Shown one piece after another: positions 8,565 through 17,885 of a stretch of DNA of 64,000 bases. The position numbers were made by a program, and so were the translations under genes. Under the pieces are notes generated by a model. That model did no database searches. It was given only the letters and a program-made list of their open reading frames with translations, and was not told the DNA's origin. The DNA lies in contig JAAZNC010000081.1 in the NCBI GenBank assembly GCA_012798455.1, positions 4,752-68,751 of the forward strand, written 5' to 3'. The stretch's first letter is position 1. Every line of letters starts with the position of its first letter. Source of the stretch: Chloroflexota bacterium. GTDB lineage: Bacteria; Chloroflexota; Anaerolineae; Anaerolineales; Anaerolineaceae.

Positions 8565-9977
8565 TCAATAAGAGCTGGCACCGATCACATTGGTTCCCAA
8601 TAAATTTGCCAGGTCATGAGCTGCTGTTTCAAATTTTCCATATACGAGGGGATAATGGTGTTGGTATCCGGAATCCATGATGGTTTGCACAAGATCGAGA
8701 CATGCCAGCTGATCACCCTGCATATACAGATCACGCAGCCATGCGCTGCTGCCAATATAGGATGGTTTCTTGTTATCCAGGGTGCCCTCGAATACCAATA
8801 GATTTTCAAAACTGGGGCAGAACCCCAGGATGGTTGCCGGTCCGGGTTTTAGCCGCAGGTTGTTGTGCAGTCCCAGCGGTGCATGGGGGTCGTTATCGAA
8901 CAGCCACAGGGATTGCATTTCAATTCCCCTTTCATCAGCTAACGAAGGAGCAGTGGGTCCGCAATGCCATAACAAGATGCTGTCATCTTGGGGATCGATG
9001 GTGACCATATCCATAATGGTTGTGACTTTCCCTAAACTGAGCAAATTCAAGGTCAACATTCCCAATGCTCCCGGAACATCCCCTTCACATGAAGAGACCA
9101 ACCCGCTATCGTTGAGCTGACCCAGCAAAGTGCAAACGGCGAGCTGGCGGTCATTTTGAAAAGCCGGCCAGCAGCTTATCGCCACCGCATCCAGCATGTT
9201 TTTTTCGACGAAGGTCTGAAAAGCTGCCTGGAAGCGTGCGGTTGAACGAAAATGACTTTCCATATCAGAAGAATATGTGCTTGTTTGTTCTCTTAATTTC
9301 TGATAATGACGATTCAGCAGTGCTTCATCAGAAATGGAATCTGCCAGTGTGTAGATGTCCTTCAATTCAAATTCAACAAGGCTGGCGCCGATCTTCGATT
9401 TGAGGATGCTCGGATCGACGGTCAAATTATCAAACCCCGCTGCCACCCCTCCCACCAGTCCAATTCGCGAATGCTTGAGATTGATCTCTGCGTAGATCGC
9501 ACGAATCAATGCTTCGAAGCGATCCCTGAAACTCTGTTCGACCGCTCTTCCAAAGAACCATTTTACAGGTTCTTTGCTGAAAGCGGTTCTGGTCTTGATA
9601 ATGCTGTTATACATGTTCAGGGCAGTGAATGAATTCAGGGGAAGACCACCTTCTTCGGTGGGGTCGCCTTCAGGAATAGCCCATAAAGCAACATGGACGC
9701 CAATTTCCAGAAACGGATAGATGAATTTGCCTCCTGAAAAAGAGCTTGCCTGGATCAGTATCAGATCCACTTTTGCCTGGCTGAATTCACGGGCAGCTTC
9801 TTGCGCTGTTGACAGATCATAAATACCGCGGTCGAAAATGATCAGATCTGTTTCCAGTGCGGAAACCAAGTCAGAAAGTTCCCGCGCATCTTGGCTGAAA
9901 TAGGTTTCCTTCGGACCTCTGAAGGGTCTGGTCATCAAACCCACCAAACCGACTGTTACTTTTCGTGTATTGCTCAT
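8565..9977 (-). CDS. L-fucose/L-arabinose isomerase-family sugar isomerase
   Basis: 470 aa. The N-terminal flavodoxin-like layout (VGLVGL ... ILIQASSF) and its size are typical of COG2407 proteins. No exact subfamily could be recognised. Confidence 0.55.
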   Translation of the reverse strand: MSNTRKVTVGLVGLMTRPFRGPKETYFSQDARELSDLVSALETDLIIFDRGIYDLSTAQEAAREFSQAKVDLILIQASSFSGGKFIYPFLEIGVHVALWAIPEGDPTEEGGLPLNSFTALNMYNSIIKTRTAFSKEPVKWFFGRAVEQSFRDRFEALIRAIYAEINLKHSRIGLVGGVAAGFDNLTVDPSILKSKIGASLVEFELKDIYTLADSISDEALLNRHYQKLREQTSTYSSDMESHFRSTARFQAAFQTFVEKNMLDAVAISCWPAFQNDRQLAVCTLLGQLNDSGLVSSCEGDVPGALGMLTLNLLSLGKVTTIMDMVTIDPQDDSILLWHCGPTAPSLADERGIEMQSLWLFDNDPHAPLGLHNNLRLKPGPATILGFCPSFENLLVFEGTLDNKKPSYIGSSAWLRDLYMQGDQLACLDLVQTIMDSGYQHHYPLVYGKFETAAHDLANLLGTNVIGASSY

Positions 9978-9996
9978 ATTCGATGCTCCAGATACA

Positions 9997-11667
9997 TTAT
10001 TTGTACGGCCAACGGAAACACGCTCCGCTTGCAGGGTCGTTCCAAAGGGATTTCATTTCTTCCGTCAATGCACATAAAGAAAGAGAAAACCCCTTCATTT
10101 CCTGGGTTGTAAAGAATGACCCAACCACGGAGCTCGCCGGTTGGATGCCTTTTTGTACCAGGAGGTCGAAGATATTTTGAAAAAGAATGTGAAGTTCCAT
10201 CAGCGAAGTACCGCCCGACCCGTTGAGCAGGACCAGATATTTCTTCTCATCAAATTCTTCTAGGTCGTTGACCAGTTTATCAACCACCCTGTTGACAATC
10301 TCACGGGCGGGTTTCAATACTCCACTATATACACCTGCTTCTCCGTGCACCCCCGTCCCGATCTCCAAATGATCTTCCGGTATCTCGAACAATGGTTTTC
10401 CTGTGACAGGGTGGGTGGGGGCACTCAACGCGACAGCTAGTGAAGCAGTTCGTTCGTTCGTTTTCCGCATGATCTCCGCTACTTTCGCCAAGGGATAACC
10501 TCGTTCGGCAGCAGCCCCTCCGATCTTGAGGGCAAAAAGCAAACCACCCAATCCGCGCCTTTCGATGAATTGCGAACGAGGTGCGGTGGCTATGTCATCA
10601 CTGGAGAGCACCAATTCAACTGGAATAGCAGCTTGCTCGGCTCTTCTTTTTGCCAATCTGGCATTCAAGACATCTCCTGTATGGTTGGAGACCAGCAGGA
10701 TGACCCCTGCCTTCCGATTGGCATATTGAATAGCTCTGGAGATCTTTATCCCTGAAGCGCAAGTGAAAATTGGCCCATACACATCGGCATCCAGCAATCC
10801 ATAACCGATAAAACCACCCATTGAAGGGGTGTGTCCTCCGCCGTGCCCGATGGCAATGCCCACTTTGCCCGGCTCTTTCTGCTGGGCACGAATGAGCACC
10901 TCATCATCGGTCAATCTCACCAGCTCCGGATAAGCCAGTGACAAGCCGCGATTATCCTCATGAACGATCTCTGCCGGTTCATTGAGGAATTTCCCATGCG
11001 GGTGAAAATCTGTTGTTGATGTATCATCGCTTATATGCGCTTTTTCATTCAGCGCCGCTTGCCAGAGCGTATAGATGATCCATGCGAAAGACGTGGCACC
11101 TGCATCCTGATAATTTTTGGAGTTTTCTTTCAAAAAGCGTGCTCTACCCTGCCGTGCAACCATTTCTGCGGTTGCTTCGGCAGCTTTCTTCGTGATCTGC
11201 CAGGTCTGCTCCAACACATCTTGTGGCGACTGTTCTTCATTCTGTGATAAATATTTATAGGCAGGGATCATTGCGTCAAGGATGGTCTTGTCACCCGGCA
11301 CCGCACCACCCACCTGCATGATGGCTTCAGCACCATTTTCGATGAAAACAGCCAGATCACCCGTCGATAGACCACATTTTCCTTTGAACAAAACCCCGCC
11401 TTCCGCAAAAAATGCAGAAAGGATCGGACCAATAGCTCCGCCACTGCCTTCAGCGAAGGCAATGGCTGCCGTATCGAACAAGTCAGCGAAATCATGACAA
11501 TTTGCTTTGGAGATACGTTTGTAGATCTCCGTTGTGCCTCTTTGCATGGTATAACCGTGGTCGCCATCACCCACGGTCGTGTCAAGCTCGTTCAGTTCGG
11601 GGTAATGTTGGTCGAAGACCTGTTTAAGGAGCACAAAAAAAATCTTCCCTTGTTCAAACATTAGCAT
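9997..11667 (-). CDS. dihydroxyacetone/glyceraldehyde kinase with reversed domain order (DhaL/Dak2 N-terminal, DhaK/Dak1 C-terminal)
   Basis: The N-terminal region has DTTVGDGDHG, GGAIGPI, GDKTILDA and DAGATS (Dak2). The C-terminal region has GHGGGHTPSMGGFIGYG, NHTGDVLN and ERRGLGG (Dak1). Confidence 0.85.
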   Translation of the reverse strand: MLMFEQGKIFFVLLKQVFDQHYPELNELDTTVGDGDHGYTMQRGTTEIYKRISKANCHDFADLFDTAAIAFAEGSGGAIGPILSAFFAEGGVLFKGKCGLSTGDLAVFIENGAEAIMQVGGAVPGDKTILDAMIPAYKYLSQNEEQSPQDVLEQTWQITKKAAEATAEMVARQGRARFLKENSKNYQDAGATSFAWIIYTLWQAALNEKAHISDDTSTTDFHPHGKFLNEPAEIVHEDNRGLSLAYPELVRLTDDEVLIRAQQKEPGKVGIAIGHGGGHTPSMGGFIGYGLLDADVYGPIFTCASGIKISRAIQYANRKAGVILLVSNHTGDVLNARLAKRRAEQAAIPVELVLSSDDIATAPRSQFIERRGLGGLLFALKIGGAAAERGYPLAKVAEIMRKTNERTASLAVALSAPTHPVTGKPLFEIPEDHLEIGTGVHGEAGVYSGVLKPAREIVNRVVDKLVNDLEEFDEKKYLVLLNGSGGTSLMELHILFQNIFDLLVQKGIQPASSVVGSFFTTQEMKGFSLSLCALTEEMKSLWNDPASGACFRWPYK

Positions 11668-12505
11668 GGGCAAGTCCTTTTTTTAAGAAATCAGCGGTCT
11701 CTCGAGCGGTTTCCATCAAATCACTTGCTAGCGGACGCCAGATCGTCAACCCGCGCCCCACTTCCCCTGCTGGATTGACAAAAACCTCTGCCACCACATA
11801 ACCCTGATATCGGATTTCTCGCAGTGTCTGGAAGATATCTTCCCATTGAATATGCCCTCTGCCGGGCGCTTTCCGGTTATTATCCACACAGTGAATGTGT
11901 CCCAAGTTTGTACCGGCGCTACGAACAGCATCTGCAATATCATCCTCTTCGATGTTCATATGGAAAGTATCCAGATGCAATTTCACATACGGGTTGTTGA
12001 CCTCTTGGAGAAAATCTAAACCTTGCTTCGTGGAATTCAGTAGGTACCCTTCAAACCGGTTGACCACTTCAAGGCATAGGGTTATCTCATTATCCTGCGC
12101 GATATTCGATACTTCTTTAATGGATGATATCGAATGCTTTCTTCTGGATGCCAGATCATCCTCCGGAAAATACCCCCAGGGCGCATAGGTCACCCCCACC
12201 AGTACGGGACTGCCCAGTGTTTTAGCTGCTTCCAGGCATTTTCTGAGGAATTGGATTCCCTGTTTCCGCAGCGCTGCGTCAGGGGAAGTGATATCCTGAG
12301 ATTGGTTCAATCCAATGCTGCAAGAGGCGCGCATACCATTCTCATCGAGTGCTTTCTGCAACCTGTTCAAAGGCATTTTTTCAAGTTGGAGAAGAGGAAA
12401 TTCACAAATATCAAACCCCGCATCTTTTGTGAGTTTGATCAATGGTTCCAGATCATCGCTCCATTTTGTTTGCCAAAAAGAAAGATGTAAACCAACCGGC
12501 AGCAT
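11654..12505 (-). CDS. xylose-isomerase-like TIM-barrel sugar (phosphate) epimerase/isomerase, ketose 3-epimerase-like
   Basis: 283 aa with LEVVNRFE and HLDTFHMNIEE metal-site motifs typical of the tagatose/psicose 3-epimerase family. GGAG RBS. Confidence 0.75.
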   Translation of the reverse strand: MLPVGLHLSFWQTKWSDDLEPLIKLTKDAGFDICEFPLLQLEKMPLNRLQKALDENGMRASCSIGLNQSQDITSPDAALRKQGIQFLRKCLEAAKTLGSPVLVGVTYAPWGYFPEDDLASRRKHSISSIKEVSNIAQDNEITLCLEVVNRFEGYLLNSTKQGLDFLQEVNNPYVKLHLDTFHMNIEEDDIADAVRSAGTNLGHIHCVDNNRKAPGRGHIQWEDIFQTLREIRYQGYVVAEVFVNPAGEVGRGLTIWRPLASDLMETARETADFLKKGLAHANV

Positions 12506-12532
12506 AATTCTCCTTCATGTATTATTATTAAG

Positions 12533-12577
12533 ACTCTTTACTATCGAAGAAATGATCAATTTGAAATAGTAAAGAGT
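12533..12577 (-). promoter_or_regulatory. perfect 12-bp inverted repeat (ACTCTTTACTAT / ATAGTAAAGAGT) with a 21-nt spacer in front of the epimerase gene
   Basis: Seen directly. It sits between the terminator hairpin at 12587-12618 and the RBS of the epimerase gene. Confidence 0.4.
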
Positions 12578-12586
12578 ATCAATAAT

Positions 12587-12618
12587 CCATCTCTCTCTTC
12601 GTAAGAAGAGAGAGATGG
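12587..12618 (-). terminator. intrinsic terminator-like hairpin after the PTS EIIC gene
   Basis: Perfect 14-bp stem CCATCTCTCTCTTC/GAAGAGAGAGATGG with a 4-nt loop, 18 nt after the EIIC stop. The trailing sequence is T-rich on the minus strand. Confidence 0.6.
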
Positions 12619-12635
12619 GACTCGGGGTTACAATC

Positions 12636-13916
12636 TTACAAACCAAACAACTTGGCGATACCACCAACGATGACGGCGATCACACCAAAATCGTTTCCAC
12701 CATAGAGGTTTACGAATCCGGCGGCACTGTTCATCACGAATGGCAGTGCAGCAGCCTGGAATCCGATCATCAAGAAACCACCGACGATAGCTGTGATGAT
12801 AACACCACGACGACCACCGGAGGCGTTGGCAAGAATGCATGCCGGACCGACATCAAAGAAAGCAGCGACAATGGTGGGTAGCAGCATGTATGGGAAACCA
12901 GCTACACCGAAAAGTACCAATGCAACCATCGAGCTGATCACGGCAATCGGGAAACCTATGGTCAAGGCATTCTGCCCATAGGGGAAGATCATCGGACAGT
13001 CCAGCGCGGGAATGGCATTGGGGACGATCTTGTCTGCGAAGCCCTTGAAGGCAGGGGTAATTTCAGCCAACATCATGCGCACACCGGTCAACAGAACGGT
13101 CAGGCTGGCGCCAAATAGAATGGCTTTGTACAGAAGGGATAATACACTTACTACTCCGCTTCCTGCACCGTAAGTGGCTGCCGTCCAATCCCAACCGGCG
13201 ATCAACCCCAGGACGATAAATAATACGAACATTACCAAGGTGGTTGAGATGGTCATGGATTTCATGAATGACCATTTATCGGAGATCTTGCTATCTTCGG
13301 TATTGTGCTTGGGATCTCCAAACCATTTTCCTAAATAGGCGCCGACAACGGCAATCATGGTGGTTGAATGCCCGATCGTGAAATCTTTTGTGCCGGTCAA
13401 TTTGAAGACAAAAGGTGAAATCAGGGCGGGTAGAACGGTTAAGATGATGCCCAGCACGATTGAGCCGATTGCAATCAGAGGAATACCGGATAGTTTTCCA
13501 CCATCAGCCAGCGCTGCTGCAACCATGAAGGCGTTCCAGAACATGATATGCCCGGTGAGGAATACATATTTCCACTTGGTGATCCTGGCCAGGATGACAT
13601 TGACGACAAAGCCAAGCACCATGATCAAGACAACTTCCAGACCGAAGGTTGCCAGGAATGCGGTCCAATCTGCTGCTACGGCAGAACCTTCATATTGGTA
13701 GATCTGACCGAACATATCCACAATGGGTTGGATGGCAGTACTGATCAGGTCCACGGCGGAGAACAAAATCACCACGCCAGCCATGGTTTTTACGGTGCCG
13801 GTGACGATTTCACTGAAGGTTTTCTTTTGGAATAACAGACCCAAAAAAGCGACCAAACCCAGAATGAAAGTCGGCAGTAAACGCGGAACGATACTAAAAA
13901 CAAGATTGAGGTCCAT
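12636..13916 (-). CDS. PTS ascorbate-family EIIC permease (UlaA/SgaT-like)
   Basis: 426-aa polytopic protein with UlaA-like N-terminal and central motifs. It is flanked by matching EIIB and EIIA genes. Confidence 0.85.
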   Translation of the reverse strand: MDLNLVFSIVPRLLPTFILGLVAFLGLLFQKKTFSEIVTGTVKTMAGVVILFSAVDLISTAIQPIVDMFGQIYQYEGSAVAADWTAFLATFGLEVVLIMVLGFVVNVILARITKWKYVFLTGHIMFWNAFMVAAALADGGKLSGIPLIAIGSIVLGIILTVLPALISPFVFKLTGTKDFTIGHSTTMIAVVGAYLGKWFGDPKHNTEDSKISDKWSFMKSMTISTTLVMFVLFIVLGLIAGWDWTAATYGAGSGVVSVLSLLYKAILFGASLTVLLTGVRMMLAEITPAFKGFADKIVPNAIPALDCPMIFPYGQNALTIGFPIAVISSMVALVLFGVAGFPYMLLPTIVAAFFDVGPACILANASGGRRGVIITAIVGGFLMIGFQAAALPFVMNSAAGFVNLYGGNDFGVIAVIVGGIAKLFGL

Positions 13917-13956
13917 CTTTTAAAACTCCTTTTTATAAAAAAATTGAATTATTGAC

Positions 13957-16104
13957 CTAATAAAAAAATTGAATGATTTTCACCTCCTCTCCCTTGAATT
14001 CAAGGTTGATCTGGAAACCTTTATCACTTGAGGTCAGACGTATTTCTCTTTTTTCAGGAAAGATCTGCTGAAGGGTATGGATATTGACTGCCGGTAAATC
14101 AATTTGGACATCTGCATTAACCGCAACGGGACGATAGTTTGTAAAGATGATCATCCCGCCTTTCGGGTTGACCAACACATGGGCGTCTATATCCCGTCTG
14201 GTGCGTTGATCGTAATTCATTACGATATGCGGAACTGGAAGGTCAAGATCTTTGATCAATGTCGGCAGCAGGTAATTGTGTGCTGAAACATAGGCAGCGT
14301 CACTTTGTGTTGAAATGTAGATCGCTCTACCTTTGTGATAAGGGTGAAGTGTTACAGCTGGGTGTCTGTCGTCAAAAGTTGCCAGCACTTGTGTACCCTC
14401 TTGAAGTTTCAGCACATCACGGTTATGCCATCCCTCAAAAATTTGATCTCCATATATGACCTGATGATTGTTCAGCAGATCGGGTTCACTCGATCGGATC
14501 CCGAATACTTCTTTCAGAGGGGCGATGGGCACAATATGCTCATACCATCCCATTTCGTTCAGCGCGCCACAGCGGGCGAATCCGATCAATGTTCCGCCTT
14601 GCTTTACATACTCTTGCAGGATTTCTGCACTTTGCATATCGAGCAAACTCATCATTGGCAGCAAGATGATCCGGTATTTTTCAATCGTTTGATCCAGGCA
14701 AGCGACGTCAATAAAATCGAGGTTGTACCCCAGATCCCAGAACGCGCTGTAAGCGCCGCGTTGTGCGTTGAAGAGTTCCTCTTCCTGGTCGATTCCATTG
14801 AAGAAGATGGCGTTCGCTTTCGATTCCAGGATAGCAATTTCCGATTCGATCGGATGGGAAGATAAAAGAATGCTTTCATGATCTTTGATAAAGTTTCCCA
14901 CAGTAGCAGCGGCTTCAAGCCGAGGTGTTTTATTGCCGTCCAGGTCAACCAGTGCTCCCCAGCGCAGGGGTTGGTAATCCCATTCTCTCCAGGGCATATA
15001 CATCATCAATTTCACATCATGCCCGGTTGCTTCAAATCCGTTGCGGATGATATCGATTGCATTGGTATTGTGATCAGGTCCCATCACCCAGCCACCGATA
15101 GGTCCAGATTCGATCTCGTGCAGCCAGAAATCTGTTTTTGCATTCTGTGCCACACTTCTGCCGTGATCGAGGAACATCGAATTATGTTCCGGTCGGCTTG
15201 CCAATTTATTGCCGCTGCCCGGATAAAGGTCATAACCAATATGATCTGTTTGGGCAGCCAATTTCCATTGGTCCAAGCCCATCAAGGCACCAAAACGGTC
15301 ATATCCCTTGAAATTGAAGGTGTTGATGGAGGTTGGATGATCAGGATCAATTTCTTTGAGAATATGATGCTGCCACCCCGCAAATTTTGTGAATGCATCT
15401 TGCCAAAATAAGCGCCAATCGATCCATTTAGTGACGCTTGCCCATCCGCTTGGTAACCCTTGTGGAGCGAATACATCGCTCCAATCATGATGAGTGAGAT
15501 AGGTCGTCCCCCATGCCCATGCCTGGTTCAATTTATTAAGCGACCCATACTTATCGTGCACCCAGTTTCGGAATGCAGCCTGGCAGTGCTCGCAATAACA
15601 AAAGATATCCAATTCTTTGCTCCCACGGGGAGGGAGAAAGGGGAATCCGATCTCGTTGCTTATTTGCCAGCCAAAATGATTGGGTTGCTTTTGGATGAAG
15701 GAAAGCAGTGCCAAAAGGTACTTGTGCAAGGCTTCGCGGTAACCGGCATGATGGATACATACCCACCCGTAGGATGATCCTAGAGGATAACGCATATTGG
15801 TGTTGGACAGAATAGGAAGGTCTGGATATTTTTGTGCCAACCACAGTGGGGGAGAGGCACTTCCGGTGCTGATCATGATCGCTTGCCCCCAACCGGCAGC
15901 TTTGATATAAAATTTTTCAAGGAGGTCAAATTCGAAATTGCCTTCCTGCGGTTCGATGCGGTCCCAGGAACCGTGTACATCGCCAAGCCGGATGATGTTC
16001 ATGCCGGCTTTTGCCATCAATGAAAGATCATGATCCCACTCACTTTCTGGAAAGACCAGTGGGGAATAAGAAGCGCCGTACCAAAACCGATCCCGATAAC
16101 CCAT
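13957..16104 (-). CDS. glycoside hydrolase family 42-like beta-galactosidase
   Basis: 715 aa with a GH42-like N-terminal TIM barrel (YGASYSP, NIIRLGDVHGSWDRIEPQEG, WQISNE acid/base motif) and no signal peptide. Confidence 0.8.
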   Translation of the reverse strand: MGYRDRFWYGASYSPLVFPESEWDHDLSLMAKAGMNIIRLGDVHGSWDRIEPQEGNFEFDLLEKFYIKAAGWGQAIMISTGSASPPLWLAQKYPDLPILSNTNMRYPLGSSYGWVCIHHAGYREALHKYLLALLSFIQKQPNHFGWQISNEIGFPFLPPRGSKELDIFCYCEHCQAAFRNWVHDKYGSLNKLNQAWAWGTTYLTHHDWSDVFAPQGLPSGWASVTKWIDWRLFWQDAFTKFAGWQHHILKEIDPDHPTSINTFNFKGYDRFGALMGLDQWKLAAQTDHIGYDLYPGSGNKLASRPEHNSMFLDHGRSVAQNAKTDFWLHEIESGPIGGWVMGPDHNTNAIDIIRNGFEATGHDVKLMMYMPWREWDYQPLRWGALVDLDGNKTPRLEAAATVGNFIKDHESILLSSHPIESEIAILESKANAIFFNGIDQEEELFNAQRGAYSAFWDLGYNLDFIDVACLDQTIEKYRIILLPMMSLLDMQSAEILQEYVKQGGTLIGFARCGALNEMGWYEHIVPIAPLKEVFGIRSSEPDLLNNHQVIYGDQIFEGWHNRDVLKLQEGTQVLATFDDRHPAVTLHPYHKGRAIYISTQSDAAYVSAHNYLLPTLIKDLDLPVPHIVMNYDQRTRRDIDAHVLVNPKGGMIIFTNYRPVAVNADVQIDLPAVNIHTLQQIFPEKREIRLTSSDKGFQINLEFKGEEVKIIQFFY

Positions 16105-16109
16105 GTTTG

Positions 16110-16415
16110 TTATTCCTCTTTGATCAACTCCTGGATGATTGCGAGTCCTTTTTCTTCCACTTCACCAGGACTGAGGAAATTCTTGATCACGATCACGGGC
16201 TTAGTGGAATCCTGAAAGAGATGGCTCATTTCATCCGATGTAAAAACCATGTCGAAGAATTGACCTTTTGCTGTTGCTTCATCAGAACAAAAAGTTTCTG
16301 CAGTGATGCTATGGTTCTTCAAAACTCTATCGACTGTCATCTTTAAGACCAACGAACTGCCGAGCCCGAACCCACATACCATCATGATCTTGATTTTTTT
16401 CATCGTTTCAATCAT
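16110..16415 (-). CDS. PTS ascorbate-family EIIB (UlaB/SgaB-like)
   Basis: KIMMVCGFGLGSS phospho-Cys loop. The start is either 16415 (ATGA overlap with the EIIA stop) or 16403. Confidence 0.8.
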   Translation of the reverse strand: MIETMKKIKIMMVCGFGLGSSLVLKMTVDRVLKNHSITAETFCSDEATAKGQFFDMVFTSDEMSHLFQDSTKPVIVIKNFLSPGEVEEKGLAIIQELIKEE

Positions 16416-16861
16416 CCTTTCGAATTTTGCAAATAACGGGTCAATTCAGTGATGTTGGTTGCATTCAATAGGAACTGCTGGTTTTTTTCATCCATCAAGA
16501 ATGTTGCCAGTTCCTGCAGCATGGTAATATGACTGCTGTGGTCAATACCGCAAAAAGTAATTAGTAAACGAACGGGATCATTGGACTTATTTCCAAAATT
16601 TACAGGCGGATCAAGAGTGATGATGCTCAAACCCACCGCCAGTGCGCCGTCTTCAGGTCTTGAATGTGCCAGGGCGATACCGGGGCTGAGGACCATGTAT
16701 GGCCCCATATGGATGGCAGCCCGCATACATGCATCAACGTATGCCGGTGTGCAGATACCATGTTCCACCAGCAATCCACCTCCAATTTGAACAGCATTCT
16801 GCCAAGTATTGGCATTGACATGAAAAAGCACCAGATCGGGTTTTAGATAATCAAGTAGCAT
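16412..16861 (-). CDS. PTS EIIA, mannitol/fructose/ascorbate (EIIA-2) type
   Basis: GIALAHSRPEDG active-site His loop. 149 aa. Confidence 0.85.
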   Translation of the reverse strand: MLLDYLKPDLVLFHVNANTWQNAVQIGGGLLVEHGICTPAYVDACMRAAIHMGPYMVLSPGIALAHSRPEDGALAVGLSIITLDPPVNFGNKSNDPVRLLITFCGIDHSSHITMLQELATFLMDEKNQQFLLNATNITELTRYLQNSKG

Positions 16862-16864
16862 TGA

Positions 16865-17842
16865 TCAATCCTCATTAAGTAATTGTTCGGCAATGGTGTG
16901 ATTTGTGATCAGTACATTGAAGAAAGAATTCTTCAGAATGGCACGGATGGGTTTCTTTTTATCATCTCCACCAGCAACCAGCACACTCCATTCAATCTTT
17001 TTCAATTCATTCGGATCGATCCCGACCACCCTGCGATCCATAAAGGTGGGTACCAGTTCTCCGGCGTTGTTGAAGTAATGTCCTAGAATATCCCCAATGA
17101 CATTCTTCTCTTCTAGGCGCTCCAATTCGGTTTTGCTGATCAAACCTTCTGTGTAAAGGATGGCATTATCATCGACGGTTCCAATGCTTTGCAGAACGAT
17201 ATTGCACTTTTTTGCCCGTTCGATCGAATTGATGATGGTTGTCTCACGCATGAGCATGTCATGCAGATTTTCATCTGAAACATAGTTGGGCGAATAAAAT
17301 ATCTCCGGAATCCCTCCGGCGATCTCTGCTAGATTGGCGGTCACATTATATTTTGCGACCCCGTCCGAATGATCGGAAGCACTGCCTACCACCTCGGTAA
17401 AAAAACATTCAGTTTTGGTGGAGGGATGAAACTCTTGTGGAATATGTGAGATAGTTCTGCTCAATCCCAAACCGATGCGGATGCCAGGGTGTAATTTCTT
17501 TTCGATCCATTTGGCTGCTCCCCTGGCTAATTGTGTATATAAGGAAATATTTTCATAAGGATCCGGGACGACCACCACATCCCGCAAATTGAATTTGACA
17601 ATCAACTGGTTTTCCAGGTTGATGAAATTCTTTCCGGGGTCATGGATCAGAAATTTGACCAATCCCAGTTTAACAGCGCGATCCAAAAAACGATGGATGG
17701 AAACACGGGAATAGCCTAATTTTTGCCCAATTTGATCCTGGGTTAGGTTGTTTTCGTAGTACAAATTGGCGATCCTGAGCAGGAGATAAAGCTCTTCAGG
17801 ATCGATGTTGGGGTTGGGTTTTAAATTTTGATGAATGACCAT
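16865..17842 (-). CDS. SorC/DeoR-type sugar-binding transcriptional regulator
   Basis: HTH (YYENNLTQDQIGQKLGYSRVSIHRFL) plus a SorC effector domain. It is the first gene of the minus-strand operon. Confidence 0.85.
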   Translation of the reverse strand: MVIHQNLKPNPNIDPEELYLLLRIANLYYENNLTQDQIGQKLGYSRVSIHRFLDRAVKLGLVKFLIHDPGKNFINLENQLIVKFNLRDVVVVPDPYENISLYTQLARGAAKWIEKKLHPGIRIGLGLSRTISHIPQEFHPSTKTECFFTEVVGSASDHSDGVAKYNVTANLAEIAGGIPEIFYSPNYVSDENLHDMLMRETTIINSIERAKKCNIVLQSIGTVDDNAILYTEGLISKTELERLEEKNVIGDILGHYFNNAGELVPTFMDRRVVGIDPNELKKIEWSVLVAGGDDKKKPIRAILKNSFFNVLITNHTIAEQLLNED

Positions 17843-17869
17843 TTTTCAATAAGTAATTTTGTACAAGAT

Positions 17870-17885
17870 ATGTAATTAATTACAT
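17870..17885. promoter_or_regulatory. perfect 16-bp palindrome ATGTAATTAATTACAT overlapping the -10/+1 region of the sorC-PTS promoter
   Basis: Seen directly. It overlaps the last 2 nt of the predicted -10 box. Confidence 0.4.
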
